Shown here one piece after another: positions 17,732 through 26,564 of a stretch of 64,000 nt of DNA. The stretch comes from a virus. The notes under the pieces are model-generated. The model was not told the DNA's origin. It was given only the letters and a program-made list of their open reading frames with translations, and searched no databases. The DNA lies in the IMG/VR virus record IMGVR_UViG_3300027833_000015, positions 1-64,000 of that record. One strand, given 5' to 3'. The translations under genes were made by a program, and so were the position numbers. Each line of letters starts with the position of its first letter. Within the stretch, counting starts at the first letter, position 1.

Positions 17732-18669
17732 TACAGATACTCCAAGTTGGCCATACACTCAGTCAGACACGCGACCATATTCAACTCGTGGTCTGCAACA
17801 AACGCTGCTTTCATCTGGTAATCCGCGAGGATAAGAACCAGTTGCGGGATGCTGTTTGGTTCGACCTTGTCCATCATAGAGTCATACACGCCACGGAAGA
17901 TTGCTGCACTCTCCGTGTCCATGTTGTTAGCAACCCACTTGCGCATTTCCTTGAAGTCCTTGGACTTGAGGTGGCCAAACAGGTCGGAGATGCTGCTGGA
18001 TGTAGACTTGCTGATAACGTCGAGGTGGAGAATACCACCACGTGAGTGACGTTGGAGTTCGTTCAGGATTCGACGCCAGTCTGGGGCGTGACGCATAATC
18101 AACTCGGCAACGAGGTTGGGGTCATCAACAGTGATGTTCTCATCCTTGAGTATACCCATGGTGCGCTTCATGAACTGCTCGCACAGTTGCGCCATGTCCT
18201 TCTTGCTTGTGTTGAACTCGATGACACCACAACGAGAGTGCAGTGGTTCGATGATCTTATTCTTGAAGTTGCAGGTGAGGATGAAGCGACAGTTGTTGCT
18301 AAACTCCTCGATGAACCCACGCAATGCGGGTTGGGTTGATTGGGCGTTCAGGTAGTCTGCCTCATCGAGTATAACGACCTTGTATCCACCTTGTAGGGAT
18401 ACGCTTGATGCGAACTGCTTGATCTTACCACGGAGCGTGTCGATGTTACCTGACTCGGAAGCATTGATCAAGATGTAATCTAGGGAGAGTTCGTTGCATA
18501 TCGCACGTGCAACGGTAGTCTTACCAGTACCAGCAGTGCCAGTCAGTAAGAGGTTGGGGACTTCGCCAGTGTCGACGATCTCTTGAAATGTTTTCTTGAG
18601 GTTGGGTGTGAGTACACACTCTTGGATATTCTTGGGTCTGTATCGTTCTACCCAAAGTGAATCAGTCAT
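17731..18669 (-). CDS. 44: Clamp loader AAA+ subunit (gp44)
   Basis: WVERYRP, GTAGTGKTT, LDEADYL, SRC. Confidence 0.97.
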   Translation of the reverse strand: MTDSLWVERYRPKNIQECVLTPNLKKTFQEIVDTGEVPNLLLTGTAGTGKTTVARAICNELSLDYILINASESGNIDTLRGKIKQFASSVSLQGGYKVVILDEADYLNAQSTQPALRGFIEEFSNNCRFILTCNFKNKIIEPLHSRCGVIEFNTSKKDMAQLCEQFMKRTMGILKDENITVDDPNLVAELIMRHAPDWRRILNELQRHSRGGILHLDVISKSTSSSISDLFGHLKSKDFKEMRKWVANNMDTESAAIFRGVYDSMMDKVEPNSIPQLVLILADYQMKAAFVADHELNMVACLTECMANLEYL

Positions 18670-18692
18670 AGTTCTCTCCATAATATAAAATA

Positions 18693-18770
18693 AGTGAGCA
18701 GTTTACCTCTTGCTCAGGAGACGGGTGCGTTGCACCGACCAGAGCGAGTTTAATGTCATCTCGAGACGTT
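18693..18770 (-). ncRNA. Candidate structured RNA: two tandem H-type pseudoknots with a central hairpin (possibly wcaG-RNA-like)
   Basis: Minus strand GTC-TCGAGAT-GAC-ATTAAA-CTCG ... GGTGC-AAC-GCACC ... CTC-CTGAGCAA-GAG-GTAAAC-TGCTCA. Confidence 0.6.
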
Positions 18771-18774
18771 CGAA

Positions 18775-19026
18775 CTATCGTGCGCCAAGCAATGCGTATG
18801 CAGCAGTTACCATTGAGCGAGTTGGAGTGCCCAGACGATAGAAGGTTTTTGTTGCGCCCTTGCTGTTAGTACGAGCGTTGCCGAAGATAGCATATCCCTG
18901 TGCGCGGAGTTGACGAACAACTTCGTGTGGGTTTCCTGCGCTAAAGCGTGAAGCGATTTGCTTTGCGGTGAGTTGCTCACCTGCTTGTAGTGCATTCAAG
19001 AGACGTGCTGGTTGTGATTGTGACAT
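18775..19026 (-). CDS. Winged helix-turn-helix DNA-binding protein
   Basis: LL.ALQ.GE.LTAKQI..RF...NP...V..LR..GY.I....YRLGTP. Confidence 0.8.
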   Translation of the reverse strand: MSQSQPARLLNALQAGEQLTAKQIASRFSAGNPHEVVRQLRAQGYAIFGNARTNSKGATKTFYRLGTPTRSMVTAAYALLGAR

Positions 19027-19089
19027 AGTTATTACCATAATTAAAAAATGTGTCCGTTGTTAAAGGTGGAACACTATACCTTATTCTTG

Positions 19090-19161
19090 CTGGCGAGGCA
19101 GGGATCGAACCTGCGACATCTTCATTAACAGTGAAGCGCACTACCGCTGTGCTACTCGCCA
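19090..19161 (-). tRNA. tRNA-Asn (GTT)
   Basis: Acceptor stem TGGCGAG/CTCGCCA, anticodon arm CTTCA-CTGTTAA-TGAAG, T arm GCAGG-TTCGATC-CCTGC; CCA not encoded (followed by CAA). Confidence 0.95.
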
Positions 19162-19170
19162 ATACAAACT

Positions 19171-19338
19171 TTAATAATCGTTGATGCTCTCAAGGTGGGC
19201 GATGCGAGCATTATGCTCTTCACGCCACTTCTCTTCGGAAACACCATTTCGTGCTGCCTTAGAGTTGGCATAGGTGTATTCCTTTGCCTGTGCAATTGCT
19301 TGCGTCCTGCGTTGTGCTTGTGTACGTTGACTCTTCAT
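19171..19338 (-). CDS. Small hypothetical protein
   Basis: Own translation MKSQRTQAQRRTQAIAQAKEYTYANSKAARNG...; ATGA overlap. Confidence 0.5.
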   Translation of the reverse strand: MKSQRTQAQRRTQAIAQAKEYTYANSKAARNGVSEEKWREEHNARIAHLESINDY

Positions 19339-20150
19339 ACTTTCCATATCCTTATTTCGTTAATCAATTTCAATTCTTCTACCGTGAACGGTTCTAACAT
19401 CTCTTCTCGCCAAGCAAGAGGGTCACCGAACAATGAGTCACTGGAGGAATAACCATCTGCCTTGTTGTACATATAACATTCCCTGTTTTCGAATTGTCGA
19501 TAGACGATATCGCCTCGATGTGATGCGAGTTTCATCTTCATCATCAACTGTACATCTTCAGTGTTACACTTCAGACTATTGTACTTCTCGATGGCAGCAC
19601 CTTTCTTGTCAACACATACCAAACGTTCGAACCAGTAGTTGGCATCACCAGTGTATCCGCTCAACTCGAACATCCAACATGCAAGATCAACGGTGAGATC
19701 AAAACCCTTTCTCTCGACATGTAGTCGAAGATCGACGTTGTCCCAGTGACTCCTGACAATGTTCTGTTCGATCAGATCGCCAAATGTAAGCAACTGGCAT
19801 CCAAGCAAAGACAGAACATTGACATCAGGATTTGCGGTCATCTTATCTACTATCACCTGATGGCCATCCTCAGTGAATCTATCATCACCGTCCAACTTGA
19901 TCAGGTGGGTGTAGTCAGTGGTGAGGAAGTGGTCGAGGCAGGACTGGTGACCAGCACCTGCAAGACCGTTTGACTCAGTATGTATTATCGGATATCGCTC
20001 GCCAAGTTCGCTGTTGTCCAGTTCCTCTCTAAAAGAATCATCAAGAGTATTGCATATAATATGCGTGTCGTAATGACCTGGAATAGTGAACAGTGACTTT
20101 CGAAGTTGTTTAATGTTACCCGAGGTCAATACTGTGGTCAAGAACTTCAT
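19335..20150 (-). CDS. Glycosyltransferase, GT-A fold (GT2-like)
   Basis: TESNG..G.G..S, IKLDGDD (DxD) motif. Confidence 0.75.
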   Translation of the reverse strand: MKFLTTVLTSGNIKQLRKSLFTIPGHYDTHIICNTLDDSFREELDNSELGERYPIIHTESNGLAGAGHQSCLDHFLTTDYTHLIKLDGDDRFTEDGHQVIVDKMTANPDVNVLSLLGCQLLTFGDLIEQNIVRSHWDNVDLRLHVERKGFDLTVDLACWMFELSGYTGDANYWFERLVCVDKKGAAIEKYNSLKCNTEDVQLMMKMKLASHRGDIVYRQFENRECYMYNKADGYSSSDSLFGDPLAWREEMLEPFTVEELKLINEIRIWKV

Positions 20151-20360
20151 CTAGTCGTTTTCTGACTGGAACTGCTCACACATCTGTGCGATAGAGACAC
20201 ACTGGTCTCGCAGTTGACCGATGGCAGATAACTCTTCGCCTTTCACTGCGCCACGTTGACACATAGCGTCAACGACAGAGATAGTGGTGCGTGATGCGCG
20301 GAAAGCGGCATCATACATGGGACGAATTGAATCGACTGTTACTGTTTTTTCTTTGGACAT
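20151..20360 (-). CDS. Conserved hypothetical protein
   Basis: SR.TI.VVDAM.QRGA.KGEELS.IGQLRDQ motif adjacent to gene 45. Confidence 0.75.
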   Translation of the reverse strand: MSKEKTVTVDSIRPMYDAAFRASRTTISVVDAMCQRGAVKGEELSAIGQLRDQCVSIAQMCEQFQSEND

Positions 20361-20365
20361 GTTAC

Positions 20366-21040
20366 TTATGCTCCGTATGCAGATGATTTCTCAAGGGCAA
20401 TGTAGTAAACTACATCAATGGTCTTACAGGTGAACTTGCTGATCAACTTCGAAGAGATCTCAACGTCATAGTCGCCAGAGATTAACTTCATGTTGGCAAT
20501 GTTCATGATGAACGTGAACTCAGTTGTGTCGCATGTACCTGGAACAACGATGTCGAATGCGTTTGAAGTGGTGTCCGTGTTGTCTACAACAGAGAGTTGG
20601 ATGCCACCCTCAACAGCAGTGATAGACACTTTGTCGTGACCTAGTGCTGCTGCTGCGCTGCGTACACGCTTGAGGGTTGCTTCGTCCAACGTAAACTTCA
20701 CTTCTGCTTCGGGCATCGGGATGTCCTTGGCAGGTGAGGTCAGGATGCTGACATCACTGTAGAAGTATTTAACACTGGATCGACCAGAGGAGTCAGACAC
20801 CTTCACAGAGTCAGCACCGAAAGCAAGTTCAGGAGCGTCAACAAGACCAAGCACCGAGAGAAATTCGTTGAGATTGTAGATGCCTACGCTCTTGTCGAAA
20901 GACTGCTCGAGATTGGCGACTGCCATCACGTTCTTTGCTTCGGCAATGGTCTTCACAACGTTGCCTTCGTGCAAGACGATATTGTCTTGGATAGAAGCAA
21001 AGTTCTTCAGTACTGCCATGGTGTTTTCATTTAAATTCAT
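20366..21040 (-). CDS. 45: Sliding clamp (gp45)
   Basis: LKNFASI, IYNLNEFLSVL, YYIALE. Confidence 0.96.
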   Translation of the reverse strand: MNLNENTMAVLKNFASIQDNIVLHEGNVVKTIAEAKNVMAVANLEQSFDKSVGIYNLNEFLSVLGLVDAPELAFGADSVKVSDSSGRSSVKYFYSDVSILTSPAKDIPMPEAEVKFTLDEATLKRVRSAAAALGHDKVSITAVEGGIQLSVVDNTDTTSNAFDIVVPGTCDTTEFTFIMNIANMKLISGDYDVEISSKLISKFTCKTIDVVYYIALEKSSAYGA

Positions 21041-21081
21041 ACTATATTTCCTTGGTTAGTTGTTCTCTCGAAAGAGACTCT

Positions 21082-21110
21082 ATTGTAATCGAAACGGATT
21101 GACATGTCAA
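21082..21110 (-). promoter_or_regulatory. Sigma70-type promoter upstream of gene 45
   Basis: TTGACA-N17-TACAAT-AGAGTC. Confidence 0.75.
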
Positions 21111-21117
21111 CACTTTC

Positions 21118-22623
21118 TCAGAATGAGAAAGAGTATCCAACGCCAACACCAGTTTCGTCGTTGGTAATTGTTGTAGATAATGTTACTGAGTGTTTGCCAT
21201 CTTCTGTACGATGAGACAAACCAACAGCAGCAGCATCTTCTCCACCATAATTGCCATACCCAAAACCAATTGCAGTCTTACCTACAGTGGCATTTGGAAT
21301 TGCACCCATCGCAGCGATACCAGCAAGACCAGAATATATCTCACTCTTGAGGTGGTCCATATTCTGCTCCAAGTAATCAATGCGTGATGAATTAGTTTCC
21401 ACGTCTTCTGCTAACAGGTCAATGCGCATGTTTGTACTTACAATGCGCTTGCGATTGTCAACAGCGTAATCCATGCTTGCGGCACTACGTTGGTTGCTAG
21501 TGTCTATCTGTGCTTGGAGTTTGTCATCCATGACAATACGGGTATTGGTTTCGGACTGGATCGTCTCGGACAATATGGTGTCTCTAGCGATTGACTCGGA
21601 CTCCACATCAGTAGTATAACTCTCCAGACTACTAATATCAGTGGTATTGGTATCGATACGATCTCCCTGCACGTCCAGACGACCGTCGAGACGGTCTGTT
21701 TCGGAGGTTATACGGGAGTTCAAGAGGTCGTCTCCCGCCTCTCGAGCGTCCGTCTCAGAGGTTATACGGTCACCCAAACGGGCGTCTCCCGCCTCTCGAG
21801 CGTCCGTCTCAGAGGTTATACGGTCACCCAAACGGGCGTCTCCCGTCTCTCTATCGATCGTCTCGGTGCTTATACGGTCACCCAAACGGGTGTCCTCAGT
21901 CTCCCTAGCGTCCGTCTCGGACGTTATACGGGAGTCTAGACGGGTGTCCTCAGTCTCCCTAGCGTCCGTCTCGGACGTTATACGGGAGTCTAGACGGGTG
22001 TCCTCAGTCTCCCTAGCGTCCGTCTCGGAGGTGATACGGGAGTCCAGACGAGCGTCCTCAGTGATAAGAGCGTCCGTCTCGGACGTTATACGGGAGTCTA
22101 GACGAGTGTCCTCAGTGGTCCGAGCGACCGTCTCGGAGGTGATACGGGAGGAATTTGCATCCACCTCATCTGCTTGGTTGAGACTCGATACATCAATATC
22201 AACGTCTTTGCCATATATGTAATCACGACCCTGTGACTTGGCCATATCCTCAACACGGAGGGTCAGCGTATCGCCATCGACTTTGCCTGACTTGGTACGC
22301 ATGTCCTCTTTGTTGACAGTATCAATTTCTTCCCTGAGTTCAGTGTCATCATACGATAGACTGTCCCCAGTGTGGACATAACCATCAGCGTCCCTGCCAT
22401 TATTATTTTTCAGCAGAATATCGCCATCTTCAGTTACAACAGATGAACGACATTTTGATTCGGATGGATTATTAGATGCTTGGCCACCGCATGTGCCTAG
22501 TCTAAATCCGTTTGCGACTTCCTTGTCGGTGGCAGGGGTGCCAGCAACAGTAGCACCGAATGCGCTAACTGTTGTTCCATTAATTGTTGCAATAATTGCT
22601 GCGGTCATAATAGTCTTTTTCAT
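21118..22623 (-). CDS. YadA-like trimeric autotransporter adhesin
   Basis: Signal peptide MKKTIMTAAIIA..; coiled-coil stalk; anchor G.AG.AAM..IP...G.G.YGGE.A.AVG...GVGVGYSFSF ending in Phe; GAGG SD before 22623. Confidence 0.85.
   Translation of the reverse strand: MKKTIMTAAIIATINGTTVSAFGATVAGTPATDKEVANGFRLGTCGGQASNNPSESKCRSSVVTEDGDILLKNNNGRDADGYVHTGDSLSYDDTELREEIDTVNKEDMRTKSGKVDGDTLTLRVEDMAKSQGRDYIYGKDVDIDVSSLNQADEVDANSSRITSETVARTTEDTRLDSRITSETDALITEDARLDSRITSETDARETEDTRLDSRITSETDARETEDTRLDSRITSETDARETEDTRLGDRISTETIDRETGDARLGDRITSETDAREAGDARLGDRITSETDAREAGDDLLNSRITSETDRLDGRLDVQGDRIDTNTTDISSLESYTTDVESESIARDTILSETIQSETNTRIVMDDKLQAQIDTSNQRSAASMDYAVDNRKRIVSTNMRIDLLAEDVETNSSRIDYLEQNMDHLKSEIYSGLAGIAAMGAIPNATVGKTAIGFGYGNYGGEDAAAVGLSHRTEDGKHSVTLSTTITNDETGVGVGYSFSF
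21690..22150 (-). repeat. 54-nt tandem repeat (18 aa RITSETDARETEDTRLDS), about 8-9 copies
   Basis: Near-identical nucleotide units visible at 21700-22150. Confidence 0.92.
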
Positions 22624-22716
22624 TTCGACTTCCTCAGTATTTTTCATGATAGTAATTTCTGCATATCTGCAGAGGTTATATCTATACATCATCGGAAGTC
22701 GAGAATTTTTACCCAA

Positions 22717-23850
22717 TTATATCGAAGACTCTTCGTCGACAGTTACTGTTTCGTCCACCTTGGAGTACAAGTCCATGAACGCTGTCTTTGTTTCGTCATC
22801 GAAACGGTTGGTGCACATCTCGATCGCAGTCATACGCGAGTCGAAGATTTGGAACGCTTTGACAATATGTACAAGGCGACGAGTTGAGATGATCTCATCA
22901 ACACCACCATCGAAATAAGTCTTGCGGATAATATCTGCCCAGTTGACCAGTTTCTCGATAAACTCTTTGTCAGAGATATGCTTGGCAAGTATCTTGCGCT
23001 CGATTGCAGGAGTGGGATACTCTTGTTCGAGGGTAACAGGGAAACGCTCAAGGAATGCTTCGTTGAGGATGTTAGTCCCCATGAAGTTGCCATCGTCTGA
23101 ACCTTTACCCTTGGTATTAGCAGTCGCGATAACATTGAACCCAGCAGCAGGTTGGATGAAGTCACCAGTCTTCTTGATGAAGTATCCGTTGCCTTCCATG
23201 ATAGACTGGAGGCACATAACCTTCCCAGGACTTACCAGATCGATCTCGTCGAGCAGCAAAGTAGCACCCTGCTCCATTGCTTTGATCACTGGACCTTTGA
23301 AGAATTTGGTCTCACCATCGACCAGTCGGAAACCACCAATGAGGTCGTCTTCGTCAGTTTCTTCGGTGAGGTTGACACGGATAACAGGCAACTTGCTGGC
23401 AGCGTGCACCTGCTCAACCATGTAGGTCTTGCCATTGCCCGACAGACCACTGATGAACAGGGGATAGAACATGCCTGATTTGACAATAGTCTGTACTGTC
23501 TTGAAGTGTCCGAAGGGGACATACATATTGTCCTTGGTCGGTACAAGATTGTCGGTGAACCCAGTGGACTGGGCAGTCAGCGAGACTGCTGGACCAACGG
23601 GAGCAGCAACTGGTGCTACAACACGCGCAACGACTGGTGCGGTCACTCGGACAGCAGCAGGTTTGGACTTGCCCACAGGAGGGAAATGGTACATACCATC
23701 ACCAGCGGAGTTGTTCGCGTTCAGGACGCGATACAGGGAGTTGATGTCATTGTCTTTGGCGAATGACTTGATCTCAATACCTGATAGGAGACGAGGTTCA
23801 TCACCGTATTTGGTGGTTAACAACTCAACTAATAATTTTGCTTTGCTCAT
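22717..23850 (-). CDS. CobS/MoxR-like AAA+ ATPase
   Basis: GLSGNGKT, TDEDDLIGGFRL, LLLDEID, ATANTKGKG, AFLERF. Confidence 0.92.
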   Translation of the reverse strand: MSKAKLLVELLTTKYGDEPRLLSGIEIKSFAKDNDINSLYRVLNANNSAGDGMYHFPPVGKSKPAAVRVTAPVVARVVAPVAAPVGPAVSLTAQSTGFTDNLVPTKDNMYVPFGHFKTVQTIVKSGMFYPLFISGLSGNGKTYMVEQVHAASKLPVIRVNLTEETDEDDLIGGFRLVDGETKFFKGPVIKAMEQGATLLLDEIDLVSPGKVMCLQSIMEGNGYFIKKTGDFIQPAAGFNVIATANTKGKGSDDGNFMGTNILNEAFLERFPVTLEQEYPTPAIERKILAKHISDKEFIEKLVNWADIIRKTYFDGGVDEIISTRRLVHIVKAFQIFDSRMTAIEMCTNRFDDETKTAFMDLYSKVDETVTVDEESSI

Positions 23851-23889
23851 AATATACTTCCTCTTCAATTAAACTTCTAAATCACTCAA

Positions 23890-23960
23890 CTCAGACTATA
23901 TTATCGCTCAATCAGGGTCCAAGAACAAGTTCTAAAAAACCCTGTAGAATCAACAACTTA
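23890..23960 (-). promoter_or_regulatory. Repeated promoter cassette with IHF-like box (copy 1)
   Basis: TAAGTTGTTGATT...AACTTGTTC-N17-GATAAT; aatcaacaactta matches WATCAANNNNTTR. Confidence 0.75.
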
Positions 23961-26240
23961 CGCTATCTGAGACACTATATCCTGCAGCAGTTTACGAGTC
24001 TGCTTGCTGCTCGTAGCAGCGGAGGCGAATGCACGGGATATAGTACCTTTCTTTGCACCAGCAGCGACCTCATCCATCTTGGACGTTTTCTCTTGGAGGT
24101 TCTTGCCCCACAATACATACATCTGGTCATAACCTGGAGTTGGCACGACTGCGTGAGCACCGCTCTTAATTTCTTTCCATACTGAATCACGGTCGATGTA
24201 TGTTCCTGCCAAGTAGCAGCATGAGTTCAGTACACTACTGCGACCACCATCAACTACAAAGTAACCGAGCATCACCGAACCAGTCACGTCCTTGAATATT
24301 TCGAGCAGACGAGCAGTAGCATTGTCGCCACCACGTTGAGTCCTCAAGACGCGATATACTTTCTGGTTGATGGGACTACGAATAGTCACTACAGATGAAT
24401 CATTGCGCATCAAGTAGTTCAGGCGAGTGTTGCCCTGAAGACCATTGTTTACATACGCTGGGTGCGATTGACCATCAGTCAACAGGATAGTGTTTAACTT
24501 GTCCAGTTTGTACTGCTTGCGGAAGGCAACAGCAACAGGCATCATAGCAATGATTGCGCTGTCAAGTGGAGTACCACCCAAAGAGAATATGCGCGCAGGG
24601 TTGTACCCAACACGATTATTCCGTTGCTGCGAGTATGCACCACCAATGAGGTATTTTGCCATTGTAGTCATCTCAGTCTTGGTCATTCTCTCATTGAAGA
24701 TCTCCAACATACGCAGACGTGGATCAGTGAGGATAGTATCCATTGGCATGTTATCCCAGTCACGTGATTGACCACCTGACAGGTTATCAGTGAAACCATA
24801 TACACGGAACGGAACACCGATAGCGCGACAGAAGTTTACCATCAACAGAGTCTGCTTCACTACTGGAAACATCTGCTCCCACATAGAAGAAGACAGATCA
24901 AGTATCATGAGGAAACCGTGGTTCTTGCCTTCAGGTACTGTAGTGACTTTCTTGAAGATGTCGTCTGTTGTTCGGTAGTGGTTCATCTTGAGTGTATCAA
25001 GAGTACCAGTCTTGGATATTTTAGCACGTGCATGCTGTGTAGCAGACTTCTTCATTTCGAATTCTTTGACCATCAGCGCGATAGACTTCTTGGCAGTGGC
25101 ATACCACTTGTTGTATTGCTCTGTACCTGCTTCGAATAATGCGTCACGGTTTGCTAATTGTTCTTTGCGTCTGTAAATTTCAAAATCATCGGGTTTGTCG
25201 CTGATCTTCGCAGCGTGTTCTTCAGGAGTCTCGTGTAGAAGAACACCAGTGGTCAATTCACGCAGGAGTGTCTTGTATCCGTAGAATTGGTTCTCAAAGA
25301 GACCGTGTGCTGGCAGGTTCAGGTTATAAACCTGACGATCAGCATTGGGTGCATGTTGCTGGTCAATAGCGTCACGCAGTGCTTCGTCTGTCTCAGACCG
25401 TGGTTCGTCAGCAGAAGATTTGCCGCCAGTTTCGCCACTTTCTTTGGCGTCATCTTCGCCTTCTTCGTCTGACTCTTCTTCTTCTTCACCACCAGCGTCA
25501 TCGGAAGTAGGATCGCCATCTTCACCCTCACCCTCACCATCTTCTGGAAGATCACTCAAGTCCCAGTCAGATGTTTCGCCATCTTCGTCTTCGCCACTCA
25601 GGTCATCTTCTGACTCATCGTCGCCATCTTCTTGTGCTTGCTGGTCGTCTTCTGCGTCTTGTTTCTGTTGTTCTTCTTTCTGCTTTTTGCAGAAGGCAAA
25701 CAACTCGTCAGTGACTTCAACAACTTCTTCCCAAGTCTCAGTGCCGCCAACCTTGGCGATCCACTGCTGCTCGTCACGGGCAAACTCGACACCGATAGAG
25801 GAACCACATTTGAAGTATGTATTGAGACGGTCAATCAGTCCCGTCTTGTTGATCTGTTCGATATTTTTGCCAAAGAAACCAGCAGCGAGCAGGTCACGGT
25901 ATGATCGAATAAATGATGTGCGAAGTCCAGGGAATTTGCGCTGGATTAGTTTCTCAATGCGTGCATCTTCTACAACATTGAGGAATGACTTGTAACCTGG
26001 ACCAGCATCACATACAGCGTCATGCCAACCTTCTTCTGGAGTAAACAGTGCGTGGCCAACTTCGTGGCCAGTCAGGTGGTCTTCGGTATCTTTGGACATA
26101 TCAGACCACATAGGCAGGGTCAGGATACGGTCACGGACGTTAAATGATGCAGTCTTACAGTTCTCCTGCACTACTGTTATGTTCTCAGCAGCGAGTAGTT
26201 TTGCTAGGACGTTATTTCCGTGTTCTGCTTTCATATACAT
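23958..26240 (-). CDS. CobT-like protein: N-terminal HExxH metallopeptidase-like domain, acidic linker, C-terminal VWA domain
   Basis: HEVGHALFTP, NVVEDARIE, D/E-rich linker, LDLSSSM (MIDAS), GGTPL, LTDG. Confidence 0.88.
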   Translation of the reverse strand: MYMKAEHGNNVLAKLLAAENITVVQENCKTASFNVRDRILTLPMWSDMSKDTEDHLTGHEVGHALFTPEEGWHDAVCDAGPGYKSFLNVVEDARIEKLIQRKFPGLRTSFIRSYRDLLAAGFFGKNIEQINKTGLIDRLNTYFKCGSSIGVEFARDEQQWIAKVGGTETWEEVVEVTDELFAFCKKQKEEQQKQDAEDDQQAQEDGDDESEDDLSGEDEDGETSDWDLSDLPEDGEGEGEDGDPTSDDAGGEEEEESDEEGEDDAKESGETGGKSSADEPRSETDEALRDAIDQQHAPNADRQVYNLNLPAHGLFENQFYGYKTLLRELTTGVLLHETPEEHAAKISDKPDDFEIYRRKEQLANRDALFEAGTEQYNKWYATAKKSIALMVKEFEMKKSATQHARAKISKTGTLDTLKMNHYRTTDDIFKKVTTVPEGKNHGFLMILDLSSSMWEQMFPVVKQTLLMVNFCRAIGVPFRVYGFTDNLSGGQSRDWDNMPMDTILTDPRLRMLEIFNERMTKTEMTTMAKYLIGGAYSQQRNNRVGYNPARIFSLGGTPLDSAIIAMMPVAVAFRKQYKLDKLNTILLTDGQSHPAYVNNGLQGNTRLNYLMRNDSSVVTIRSPINQKVYRVLRTQRGGDNATARLLEIFKDVTGSVMLGYFVVDGGRSSVLNSCCYLAGTYIDRDSVWKEIKSGAHAVVPTPGYDQMYVLWGKNLQEKTSKMDEVAAGAKKGTISRAFASAATSSKQTRKLLQDIVSQIA

Positions 26241-26249
26241 TTCTCCTCA

Positions 26250-26321
26250 ATTCAGACTATATTATCGCACAATTCATGTACAAGAACAAGTTCCAAAAAA
26301 CTGAATAGAATCAACAACTTA
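26250..26321 (-). promoter_or_regulatory. Repeated promoter cassette with IHF-like box (copy 2)
   Basis: Same layout as 23890-23960. Confidence 0.75.
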
Positions 26322-26549
26322 CGCCATCTGCCTGTGGGAATATATGTCCCATTTCTCAACAATTGGTTGTCCGTATGCATCCTCGTCGACTGCGATATAT
26401 GCAACAGTCTTCAACACACGAGCATAGCGGAAACCATCGTTGGTCAGGAGTTTGTGGGGGAATTCCCAAGAGGCAGTGTTCTCGCCTTCATCATTGGGCA
26501 CATAGGTATGAGCACCCTTGACATCTTTCTCAATAAACGATCCAAACAT
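26319..26549 (-). CDS. Conserved hypothetical protein
   Basis: G.F.EK...R.A.VLKTVAYIAVDED..G.P..EKW.I motif; GAGGAG SD. Confidence 0.75.
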   Translation of the reverse strand: MFGSFIEKDVKGAHTYVPNDEGENTASWEFPHKLLTNDGFRYARVLKTVAYIAVDEDAYGQPIVEKWDIYSHRQMA

Positions 26550-26564
26550 AATCTCTCTCCTCAA

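Noticed and set aside
21690-22150. Tandem repeats as a CRISPR array
   Set aside because: No unique spacers; units are in-frame multiples of 3 inside a CDS; no cas genes.
22717-26240. Cobalamin-synthesis (cobS/cobT) auxiliary metabolic genes
   Set aside because: No CobN or other cob genes; the peptidase-VWA architecture fits the generic phage MoxR/VWA pair.
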